From positions 1 to 27,264 of the IMG/VR virus record IMGVR_UViG_2690316318_000023: a stretch of DNA of 27,264 nt, one strand, 5' to 3'. A program made the translations under genes and the position numbers. Each line of letters begins with the position of its first letter. The stretch's first letter is position 1. Of the stretch, positions 1 to 7,839 are shown piece after piece. This DNA is from a virus (Duplodnaviria > Heunggongvirae > Uroviricota > Caudoviricetes). The notes beneath the pieces were generated by a model. That model was not told the origin of the DNA. It saw only the letters and a program-made list of their open reading frames with translations, and did no database searches.

Positions 1-282
1 CTACCTTTGCCTCTTGCCGCCATTTAACCGGAAGGCGTTACCGTTCGGTTGCGCTATCCCCATGCGGTGTTGCGTTTCGGTAACAGCTTTATGCAGGTCG
101 CCAAATTCCTCAACCTTCACGGGCGGGCGCTTCACGTTCTCCAGACACGTTTCACGGCGGCGCTTTATCCATTCCCGATCATCGTCCTCGGTGCATAACA
201 GCATGACTTCCATCCATCGTGCGGCAGCTCTCCGGTATAGCCCTTTTGACTCCAGCTCTTCAGCTTTCCTGTCCCTTATCAT
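1..282 (-). CDS. PerC-family-like small transcriptional activator (93 aa)
   Basis: Complete minus-strand ORF (ATG at 282, TAG at 3-1) with GAGAGG Shine-Dalgarno 5 nt upstream. Sequence (MIRDRKAEELESKGLYRRAA...) recalls PerC-type activators of enterobacterial islands; this is from memory and unverified. Confidence 0.5.
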   Translation of the reverse strand: MIRDRKAEELESKGLYRRAAARWMEVMLLCTEDDDREWIKRRRETCLENVKRPPVKVEEFGDLHKAVTETQHRMGIAQPNGNAFRLNGGKRQR

Positions 283-311
283 TTCTGCCTCTCAGATTAT
301 ATAGATAAGCA

Positions 312-357
312 AAAAGGTGTTGGTTCAGTTGGTTCAGTTGGTTCAATTTGTAAAGAG
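312..357. repeat. Left copy of a 46-bp perfect inverted repeat; contains tandem GGTTCAGTT/TTGGTTCA iterons (crr-like)
   Basis: Read directly: aaaaggtgttggttcagttggttcagttggttcaatttgtaaagag is the exact reverse complement of 7776-7821. Further GAACCAAC copies lie at about 391-420. Confidence 0.85.
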
Positions 358-769
358 CGTTGTTTTTATTGTGTTTTTTCTAAAATATTGAACCAACATC
401 AACTCATTTTGAACCAACAAAAAGTGTCCGTGAACTAACACTCTGTCAAATAGTCACTACATATATTAACGGTGAAGACTAAATCCGCCAGCAAATAGCT
501 TATATAGCACCGCTTTATGCCGCAGTTATGCTGGAACAGTAATCATTTCACAGAACCGCCTAACTACTATATGGCACCTGCTAAAAAGCACATCAGCCTA
601 GTCAGTTGATCGGTGCATGGATATCCTAACAATTCAACTATATAACGTGATCTCCCATGTCGATCTACTGTCATGCAATGATTAACAAACACATAGACAC
701 ATCTGCTTGGCGCATTGATTAATCACTGATCATCCATCAGGATATGCGAACCACCGTCACCAGGTTAGG

Positions 770-1855
770 ATGATTCTCAAAAGCCACCTGTATTCAATGC
801 CTTTGATGGGTTTCATCCATAGTTATTTTCTCGTGACTGACATGGAGATTTTGATTTCAAGGTGTGCAAAAACTATCGCAGAGTACAATGGAGCTCAAAT
901 GACTGTGGCACCAAAAGATCAAAGTTTGAAATCTGTAAGGGTGGGCTTTTACACAAGCTCTGAGAATATTCGCACTAGTAACAAGGGGTTAACCGCAGAG
1001 GCCTTTAAAAATCTGTATGATCGGTGTTCTAAAGACTTCAAGATGACCCACTATGCAGACTTTGGTGAAAGAGAACTTAAAATTCATTTTCTAGACATCT
1101 CACCCGAGGATGGCTCCTACTTCGGATTCATGTCTCGAAGAAGAAAAAGCGCAACACTGGCATATATTACAGATAAAGAGTGGGTGGAAGAGAAAATCCC
1201 TCTAGCCGGGGCAAAGACTCTTTCAGAACGTACATACTTTATTTATTATCCTCAGACAGACATTCTAGTATTGTCTTTAAATCATTTAGGTCCACGCCAT
1301 AGTGACTTAGCCTTCCTTCTTTTCAACTCCAGTGATCGCGGAGTCCCTGTTTCTTTTGAAGCCATTTGGAAAGAAGAAAGCATCAAAGAACTACTCGAAA
1401 CTGGATCCAATCTAAGAAGCTGCGAGATTTCTGTGGCCATCCCAAGAAACTTCAATGCCGCACAGTATCAACTCGATGGAATGTTCGCGAATCAGATGAT
1501 TGAGATGATCAGAGGCACCAGTTCAAGCCACCTGACTATTTCGTTACGCGGACATTCTCCATTAAAAAGAAAAGCAAAGGGATGGCTTGAGGATGACGTT
1601 AAAAAAAGCCTTAAGGAGATGCTAGAAAAGTTCCCTGGTGGTGATGGTCGTTTAACTTTTGAGAAAGCAAATGTTGTTGCTCAGGGCGATAAAAAGAAGA
1701 AAAGTCTTGTAGACGAAGTTCTTACGGTAAAGAAGATGGTGCCTATCCAAGCAGATGGGTATCCGACCGATACTGACGTTAAAAATGCTATGCTACAAGC
1801 AAAGAATGACAACCTTAGGTATCTAACCCAGTACTATTTGGTTAGTCAAACGTAA
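770..1855 (+). CDS. Hypothetical protein, large subunit of cargo module A (361 aa as drawn; true start may be ATG 899)
   Basis: Long ORF in visibly AT-rich DNA. The best Shine-Dalgarno (GGAG, 5-nt spacer) precedes the in-frame ATG at 899, so the N-terminus is uncertain. No catalytic motif recognisable by eye. The next gene follows 12 nt downstream. Confidence 0.6.
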   Translation: MILKSHLYSMPLMGFIHSYFLVTDMEILISRCAKTIAEYNGAQMTVAPKDQSLKSVRVGFYTSSENIRTSNKGLTAEAFKNLYDRCSKDFKMTHYADFGERELKIHFLDISPEDGSYFGFMSRRRKSATLAYITDKEWVEEKIPLAGAKTLSERTYFIYYPQTDILVLSLNHLGPRHSDLAFLLFNSSDRGVPVSFEAIWKEESIKELLETGSNLRSCEISVAIPRNFNAAQYQLDGMFANQMIEMIRGTSSSHLTISLRGHSPLKRKAKGWLEDDVKKSLKEMLEKFPGGDGRLTFEKANVVAQGDKKKKSLVDEVLTVKKMVPIQADGYPTDTDVKNAMLQAKNDNLRYLTQYYLVSQT

Positions 1856-1867
1856 CAGGAATACATT

Positions 1868-2305
1868 ATGAGTTCTCGGAAATTGTTTGCTGCCAAGTCA
1901 TTGTTTGCTCTAGCTATGGCTATTGCTGGTGCCCATTTTTTACACGACCTAGATCACAATGCTGTCATTTCGGCTGCTGGTGCTCTTTCAACTATTTCTG
2001 GAGTTCTCTTTGGTTTTGTTTTGGCATCAGTCACCATGCTAAGTAGCTTTGATAGTTCAAAGGGAATTGTAGGCGCTCTAAAAAGTAACGGAGTACTAAA
2101 AGGCATTATTGAGGGGCTTTTTGATACAGGAACTACGCTGATCACAGCCTGCCTATTAGCAATGATCTCGATGTTTGCCCCTGTTGTCAGCAATCTGCCT
2201 CTGGATTATTATGCCCTGCTACTCGCAGGGGCATATTTGATTATATCAATGATAACTTTTTTCTTTAACTGGAAATCTTTATCTAAAATAATAAGTTACA
2301 TATGA
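1868..2305 (+). CDS. Small four-helix integral membrane protein (145 aa), second gene of cargo module A
   Basis: ATG preceded by AGGA. Four hydrophobic helices are visible (LFALAMAIAGAHFL, ISGVLFGFVLASVTML, TLITACLLAMISMFAPVV, YYALLLAGAYLIISMITFFF). Same strand and AT-rich composition as 770-1855. Confidence 0.7.
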   Translation: MSSRKLFAAKSLFALAMAIAGAHFLHDLDHNAVISAAGALSTISGVLFGFVLASVTMLSSFDSSKGIVGALKSNGVLKGIIEGLFDTGTTLITACLLAMISMFAPVVSNLPLDYYALLLAGAYLIISMITFFFNWKSLSKIISYI

Positions 2306-3067
2306 TAAATATTTCAAAATGAGTCCCCCTGCTACGGATAGTCCTTGGCTTAAAAAATACCGTCACCGCTGAATACCCACACAGTGCCCCCACCCATTTA
2401 GTTGGCATAATGTATTCAACTGATTGAGGAATGGCTCCTCTTTTACTACCAAACGGCCATCGCTGGCGCATTCATCCGCTGGTAGTGGAACTTTTTAGCC
2501 ATCAGCGCCTCCCTAAATCAATTCCTTACATCGCTCAAATTCAACAACCATTGTTGTAATCTTGCTGCTATCAAGTAACGCCTTTGTATTACGCCGACTT
2601 TATCTTGCCAGCAACATACGCCATCCGATAATTTCGATGTTACGCGCGCATACTTGTCGCAAAATATCAGACAAAAGCCAGATTCAGAACGTCGTGATAA
2701 CCACCAGCACAACAGAGAGGTCATGTAACGCGATTTATCACATCAGATACATGTGATTGGTGTACCAGCATAAAACATCGTCATAGCGCGTCCTGTGCGC
2801 ATATACGCCGATAATCAACACATCACCACCACTCTGTCTCGTGTAGAGAACAGTTTCATGGTATCCCCCGCCATCGTGTGCGTACTGGTCGGACGCAGTT
2901 GCAAAAAATTTTGCAACTGATACCCCTCGCGCGCGTACTGGTCACGAAATTGGTGTTTTGCTGTGGCAGTGATATCAGAAAAATCTTCCTGTTTCACATA
3001 AAGCGGATATGCGCGTACTGTAACGGCCCCATCAACGGGGATCGGATTTGAAATCCCGACCCAAGCT

Positions 3068-3487
3068 ATGTACCAAATGCCATGTCTTGGATATATGATG
3101 ATTGCCATTCTAAACAAAGCTAAAGGGAGGGTTGGTGTGAATGCTCAGGCTGTCATCATGGTTTTCCTTGGTCTGATTGTCGCAAAACTATATCCAGACT
3201 GGTGGAAAGGGGCATTAGCAACTGTCGCCATCTATTTGCTTTTATCCGTCGTTAAGCGATCGTTCGTTAAGACCGTAAATCAAGCAAAACGTTTCTCATT
3301 TAAGAATTTAATAAACTATATTACTGGGCTTATTTTTTGCCTTTCAATTTTGATCGCCTCAGCTTTTTTGCCCGTATCAATAGCTAATTTTTTTGGCGCA
3401 CCATATGAGGTAGGTTATCTATTCTCTGTTTTTTGCCTTGTTCTTTCCCTTCTTTACCTATGGATGAGAGCAAAGAACAAAAATTAG
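3068..3487 (+). CDS. Small multi-pass membrane protein (139 aa as drawn; probable start GTG 3137, about 116 aa)
   Basis: GGGAGGG Shine-Dalgarno sits 6 nt before the in-frame GTG at 3137. Four hydrophobic segments. Convergent with the 701-aa gene. Confidence 0.55.
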   Translation: MYQMPCLGYMMIAILNKAKGRVGVNAQAVIMVFLGLIVAKLYPDWWKGALATVAIYLLLSVVKRSFVKTVNQAKRFSFKNLINYITGLIFCLSILIASAFLPVSIANFFGAPYEVGYLFSVFCLVLSLLYLWMRAKNKN

Positions 3488-3500
3488 CCATCCATGGCTA
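3485..3500. terminator. Short hairpin (TAGCCA-TCCA-TGGCTA) between convergent genes; T-run follows on the minus strand
   Basis: Palindrome read directly. Flanked by an A-run on plus (ATTTTTGTTC on the minus strand), consistent with termination of the minus-strand three-gene operon. The stem is short, so confidence is low. Confidence 0.3.
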
Positions 3501-3505
3501 ACCAG

Positions 3506-5611
3506 TTATTGAGCTTCTTTTTGTGATGCCTGTGCGACTCTGGTGAGCGATTGTGTGACCGTACTGATCGCTCTGTCATATGCTGTGCTACCTTTTGGCG
3601 TATTTGCCAGACGTAACAAGGCATTTCGTATAACAGGGCTTTCGTATGCCTTCGCTGCTCCGCCTACGGCACCAGCAGCAGGAACAACAAACGCAGCCGT
3701 TTTTAGCATCCCCGCTAATACTGCTGCGTTTATGATGCCACCACCAACTAACAATCCATAAAGCTGCTGACCATTTAAGTTTTGAACGTTCGCTTTTGCC
3801 GCGTGTCTTGTATCGTTGAGGTATTTAATAACGCCGTCCAGTTCCTTTCCATGTACGCCTTTAAAGAAAGTTGCTGATTGCTTCCTGTTCCGGTGTAACG
3901 CATTAATAAACTTCTCAACACTGATATTTCCAGACGGATCAGTCGCCTTATCTACAGCATTCTGAACTATGGCTGCTCGTGCGTTTTGCCTACCATTGTC
4001 ATCCAGAAGCCTGTAAAGCTGAGAACGTTCTGATGGGCTTTGGCTAAAAACGAGTTTTGTTACATCCTCAGGCGTGGCCTTGCCGCTGGCTATTGCCTTT
4101 TGAACGCGCGTTCTTCCCATCATGTCATTGAATTTAGACCATGAGCGATCAACCCTTGCCATATTAATGGCTTCGTCTGCTCCAAGATTTTTGGCTACGG
4201 CTTTTTTCATATCCGCCGTATATGCCTTGTAGATAATATCGCTGGCTTTCTGGAGCGTATCTTTATCAACAGTGTCAGATGACGCCATAAATCGCTTTCG
4301 AAGATCGGTTCTGTTTTCCCTCGCCAGACGCAGGTCATTTGGTCCGCTGGTGATATCGTCTTTAAATTGCTGCAAGACTTTTACCGCGGCTCTATCCTGA
4401 GATTTGCCCGGGCGGCTTAACACGGCAATCTGATTGTCGATAGCTTTTACCGTGTTTGAGAGATCGACAGGGGTATCCCCCATAGCGTCAATTATGCGGT
4501 TATATCGCTTTCCTGCTGCCTCAATGAATTTTTGTTGCCCTTTAGTCGCAGATTCATAAAGCTGTTTATCAGAAATGCCACCCAGACCATCGCTAAATGT
4601 TCTGACTAAATTTTCTCGTGCTTGTTGTTGATTCAGCCGATTCTTACCGGTTCCAAAAAAAGGAACTCTTTCGCCTAATGTCTGAGCCTGACTCTGCATA
4701 AAGGTTTTATCTTTCAGCATGTCACTGGTCATTAACGGCAGATTTCTTTCCGATGCAAAGTCGACAGCAGCCTTTGCTTCAGGCGACATATCACCACGAA
4801 CAGCCCTCGAAACCGCACTCGCTGTATTTTCCAGCCCCTTACCAATACCACCAATGCCAGCAGAAATTACCGTTTGTAACGGATCAATATCTTCTCCACC
4901 AGCAAGGCTGGTGGCTCCCTGTAGTGCTAAATCTGTAGCTGCTGATTTTCCTATGGCACCAAGCACCGTTCCAGCCCTGCCCGCTGGTGTAAACGCCAAC
5001 GCATTAGCAAGAAACGAGGTCAGGTCTTGCGGTGATAAACCCGGCTTGTTCAGGGCATAATCACCTGATGGCAGAGAAACGATAGTATTCCCCTTCTCAT
5101 CCTGCCTTAATGTCGCCCCCATTCCCTGAAGAATCTTTTCCTGAGACGCGTCAGAGCCGAAAAGTTGAGACCATCCAGCCTTTAGGGCATCCATGCTTAG
5201 TGAGTTCAATTCTGGGGCAGAGGCGACATTTTGCAGTCTCTCCATCTCTGGAGTCATTCGGCTTTCGCCTGTTATAGCATCGCGCATCGCAGCCCCAAGA
5301 CTGGCTCCCTGTTCTGCTGAACGCTCAAGCCCCTCTCTTTGCTGAGTAGCTAACTTTGCATACCCTGACGCAAGAGAATTATCAGATGATGTATGTTGAA
5401 TATTTTGAGTTGCTGATTGGGATCGGTCTATTTCATTCGTTGATGGTAGTGGATAGGCAGCATAAAAAGCCTGCTTAGCCTGCTCTACACTTTCTCCGGC
5501 TTGCGGGGCCACGACTTCATTGAAGTATTGCTCCTGAGCCTGCGCTTTTTGTTCTGGTGCTAACGCCTGATACTGTGGAGAGGCGATAACATCTTTCCAT
5601 GCTTTAGCCAT
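3506..5611 (-). CDS. Hypothetical protein (701 aa), distal gene of the three-gene cargo operon; Ala/Gln/Ser-rich with a C-terminal hydrophobic Gly/Ala-rich segment
   Basis: ATG at 5611-5609 overlaps the upstream stop (TAATG) and is preceded by GGGGTGA. No Walker A or nuclease motif seen by eye. C-terminal LLVGGGIINAAVLAGMLKTAAFVVPAAGAVGGAA looks membrane-associating. Confidence 0.8.
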   Translation of the reverse strand: MAKAWKDVIASPQYQALAPEQKAQAQEQYFNEVVAPQAGESVEQAKQAFYAAYPLPSTNEIDRSQSATQNIQHTSSDNSLASGYAKLATQQREGLERSAEQGASLGAAMRDAITGESRMTPEMERLQNVASAPELNSLSMDALKAGWSQLFGSDASQEKILQGMGATLRQDEKGNTIVSLPSGDYALNKPGLSPQDLTSFLANALAFTPAGRAGTVLGAIGKSAATDLALQGATSLAGGEDIDPLQTVISAGIGGIGKGLENTASAVSRAVRGDMSPEAKAAVDFASERNLPLMTSDMLKDKTFMQSQAQTLGERVPFFGTGKNRLNQQQARENLVRTFSDGLGGISDKQLYESATKGQQKFIEAAGKRYNRIIDAMGDTPVDLSNTVKAIDNQIAVLSRPGKSQDRAAVKVLQQFKDDITSGPNDLRLARENRTDLRKRFMASSDTVDKDTLQKASDIIYKAYTADMKKAVAKNLGADEAINMARVDRSWSKFNDMMGRTRVQKAIASGKATPEDVTKLVFSQSPSERSQLYRLLDDNGRQNARAAIVQNAVDKATDPSGNISVEKFINALHRNRKQSATFFKGVHGKELDGVIKYLNDTRHAAKANVQNLNGQQLYGLLVGGGIINAAVLAGMLKTAAFVVPAAGAVGGAAKAYESPVIRNALLRLANTPKGSTAYDRAISTVTQSLTRVAQASQKEAQ

Positions 5612-7077
5612 TAATCACCCCATAGTGAAGAAAAGTTACTGCTGGCTGCTGGCTGTGATACCTGCTCAGATTGCGGCAATGTCTGCGACGAAGAAGCAGT
5701 TCCTCTGTCAACTGCTGAAATAACCCGCAAAGCATCATAAGTTCGACCAGAAGCAGCTTTCAGCGAATTGAACTGGTTTTCCATCTTCCGGCGCTTGGTA
5801 TCAATGGTTTTTGTGGAATCACCAGGCTGAGGGAAATACATTTGATAATATTTGGACATTTCAGCTGGTAGGATAGATGCCCCTGTTTCCTGACGGAGTA
5901 TTGCCATTATTGCGTCATTAGCATTAACAACGTATTGCTGCTCTGCTGGGCTGAGCGTTAAGTTAGCCAGCGTCCCATTACCCAAAGCATTATTAATGAT
6001 CGCCACTCGCTGTGGGCTAAGCTGGTCTTTCAGTGTATCTATTGAATCAAGAGCATCCCTAACCCTGTATGCAAATCCAGCAGCTTTTTTAGCCCCTTCT
6101 GGCGACTTTTCCATGATCTTTTGGGCTGTTGGCAAAGCTATTGGACGAAACCCATCTCCAGATATTGGCTGGTTTAGTTTTCCCTGCTCTTCACTTCCGT
6201 CTGTGTAGTATTTTGTGACAGTGCCATCATCGTTTTCTCTAACACTCATTAATTTTTTGGCGTTTGTATTAATTCCAGCCGCTGCCGCAAATGCCGCCGC
6301 CCCCTCTGGATCCGCCTTTAACATTTGCGCGTACTGATTGTAATTCTGCATTGCTGCTGTTGGTGCATATGCTGACGTTAACGCATTTGCTCGGCTAATA
6401 TCCTGCCCTCTCGCCTGAAGTGCTTCGCCAGCCTGATTGCTGCGGATTGTCTCTGCCAACTTGCCACGCTCAATATCCCGACCTTCCATTTGATCTTTGA
6501 TATCGAAATACTTCTCATGACCGAGAGAAAACAGCGCCAGATTACCTGCGAAATGCTGGAAGCCCTGCGGGTCATTAACCTGCATTTCAGCAATAGTTTC
6601 TGGAGGGATACCTAAACGACGCATCTCCTGCTCATTATCCATCATGAACCTGCCAAATGCGCCCTGACCAAGCGATGAGGCTACCTGTGCTTTGAGCGCC
6701 AGATTGCCATAATCATCCCTTTGAGCATCATCGACATAACTCATCCCTTTACGGACTTCCTCAAACTCTTCTGGGAATGCTGTAATAAGATTACGCATCT
6801 GCTCCCTGTCACCGGACGCATAAGCATCTGCATAACCTTTCTGGAATGCCGCTTTACGCTCCTGCTGTTGCTGCTGCTTATAAATATCAGCAACGCCAGC
6901 CAGACCACGAAGACCTGTCAGAGCAACGTTATTTGCACCTGAGCGAGCCAGTTCATTGTTTTCGCGGATCAGACCAAGCGTTGCGTTAATGTCGCTTGCC
7001 TTTGGCGCATTCTCGTTTTGCGCACCAATGCCAGCCAGAAAACCACCAGAATTAATACCCTGTTGCCACGTAGCCAT
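5611..7077 (-). CDS. Hypothetical protein (about 488 aa from ATG 7077; ORF open to GTG 7089), middle gene of the three-gene cargo operon
   Basis: Long ORF, translationally coupled to the 701-aa gene. Gln/Ala-rich (QQQQQERKAAFQ), no recognisable enzymatic motif. Confidence 0.8.
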   Translation of the reverse strand: MATWQQGINSGGFLAGIGAQNENAPKASDINATLGLIRENNELARSGANNVALTGLRGLAGVADIYKQQQQQERKAAFQKGYADAYASGDREQMRNLITAFPEEFEEVRKGMSYVDDAQRDDYGNLALKAQVASSLGQGAFGRFMMDNEQEMRRLGIPPETIAEMQVNDPQGFQHFAGNLALFSLGHEKYFDIKDQMEGRDIERGKLAETIRSNQAGEALQARGQDISRANALTSAYAPTAAMQNYNQYAQMLKADPEGAAAFAAAAGINTNAKKLMSVRENDDGTVTKYYTDGSEEQGKLNQPISGDGFRPIALPTAQKIMEKSPEGAKKAAGFAYRVRDALDSIDTLKDQLSPQRVAIINNALGNGTLANLTLSPAEQQYVVNANDAIMAILRQETGASILPAEMSKYYQMYFPQPGDSTKTIDTKRRKMENQFNSLKAASGRTYDALRVISAVDRGTASSSQTLPQSEQVSQPAASSNFSSLWGD

Positions 7078-7081
7078 TGAT

Positions 7082-7255
7082 TTACCCACGTCCAGTTAAA
7101 GTGTAAGCCAGCGCCTTATCCATTAATCCCCGAGCAATTTCATGGATCGTTGGCGCAACTCCTACCTCTGATTTTTTACGCTGCTCCTCCTGAATTTTCT
7201 TTATCGCTTCCATTTGCTTCTCACTTATCAATACTGGCTTTACTGAAATAGCCAT
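7082..7255 (-). CDS. Small hypothetical protein (57 aa), first gene of the three-gene cargo operon; possible small DNA-binding or regulatory protein
   Basis: ATG at 7255 preceded by AAGGGGG (4-5 nt spacer); its stop lies 2 nt before the next gene's ATG. Translation: MAISVKPVLISEKQMEAIKKIQEEQRKKSEVGVAPTIHEIARGLMDKALAYTLTGRG. Confidence 0.5.
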   Translation of the reverse strand: MAISVKPVLISEKQMEAIKKIQEEQRKKSEVGVAPTIHEIARGLMDKALAYTLTGRG

Positions 7256-7288
7256 AACGCCCCCTTAGAACTGTATAAAACAACAGTC

Positions 7289-7294
7289 ATTATA
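7289..7294 (-). promoter_or_regulatory. Candidate -10 hexamer (TATAAT on the minus strand) for the three-gene cargo operon
   Basis: Perfect TATAAT about 35 nt upstream of the 57-aa ORF start. No good -35 at 17-bp spacing, so it may be activator-dependent. Confidence 0.3.
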
Positions 7295-7350
7295 GTTTCA
7301 TAAAACGCAACATTCATCATTGTGATTGCAAAATATGAAACAAATAGCAC

Positions 7351-7383
7351 AAAAAAATGCCACCGCTCAGTAGCTGGTGGCAT
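7351..7383 (-). terminator. Rho-independent terminator (minus strand) downstream of the primase/iteron region, insulating the cargo operon
   Basis: Hairpin ATGCCACC(GCTcagtAGC, T bulge)GGTGGCAT with 8+3 bp stem; on the minus strand it is followed by a 7-nt U-run (plus-strand A-run 7351-7357). Confidence 0.55.
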
Positions 7384-7577
7384 CGTTCTGTGTGTCAGGT
7401 TTTGACAGGTTTTTTATGGACTCTAAAAACTATATTTATGGTGTCGCATTACTCTTCACGGCAGGCGCTTTTCAGTTCTGCCCTTGCTTCTGGCTCCATT
7501 GGTAATTTGATTCGCGATCAGCTATGCGGATGGTTTGCTGAACAGGCATAACAACTTCTCAGGGGCTGTTTTCTGAA

Positions 7578-7653
7578 CTACGAAAATTTCGTAGTGCTCA
7601 CTTTCAAAAACGTCACGCCCTTGTACACAGGATTTTACGAAAGTCTCGTAAAA
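7578..7653. promoter_or_regulatory. Two related palindromes (CTACGAAA-a-TTTCGTAG at 7578-7594; TTTTACGA-agtc-TCGTAAAA at 7634-7653), operator-like
   Basis: Both read directly; they share a TACGA/TCGTA inverted core. Located between the ori-like iterons and the terminator. Confidence 0.3.
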
Positions 7654-7689
7654 CACTCTCTGATGCCAGCCAGGTGTTGTGCGCATCAA

Positions 7690-7821
7690 TTCAGTCACAT
7701 TGTGTTGGTTCAAAATACCGTGTTGTTGGTTCGGTGTTGGTTCAATAAAAAGAATAAAATCCTTACAAAACAATACTCTTTACAAATTGAACCAACTGAA
7801 CCAACTGAACCAACACCTTTT
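7690..7821. repeat. Iteron array immediately downstream of the primase gene (ori-like); includes the right copy of the 46-bp perfect inverted repeat (7776-7821)
   Basis: Multiple TTGGTTCA/GAACCAAC copies. 7776-7821 (ctctttacaaattgaaccaactgaaccaactgaaccaacacctttt) is the exact reverse complement of 312-357. Confidence 0.8.
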
Positions 7822-7839
7822 CTACGCACATGAAGAAGC

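Noticed and set aside
312-357. Tandem short repeats considered as a possible CRISPR array
   Set aside because: The units are contiguous 9-bp iterons without spacers, and no cas genes are present; iterons fit better.
2815-3117. 100-aa minus-strand ORF overlapping the start of the 139-aa membrane-protein gene
   Set aside because: It overlaps a better-supported plus-strand gene, contains a 24-bp palindrome, and is followed by an out-of-phase open frame; more likely a decayed remnant than an intact gene.
3543-6942. Several 60-113-aa plus-strand ORFs antisense to the 701-aa and 488-aa cargo genes
   Set aside because: Embedded in long, translationally coupled minus-strand genes; no ribosome-binding sites; odd composition.
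312-7821. 46-bp inverted repeats considered as terminal inverted repeats of a transposon carrying the cargo
   Set aside because: No transposase or recombinase gene lies between them and no target-site duplication is evident; the repeats are made of iterons adjacent to a primase, so an ori/crr-like role is more likely. It cannot be fully excluded from sequence alone.
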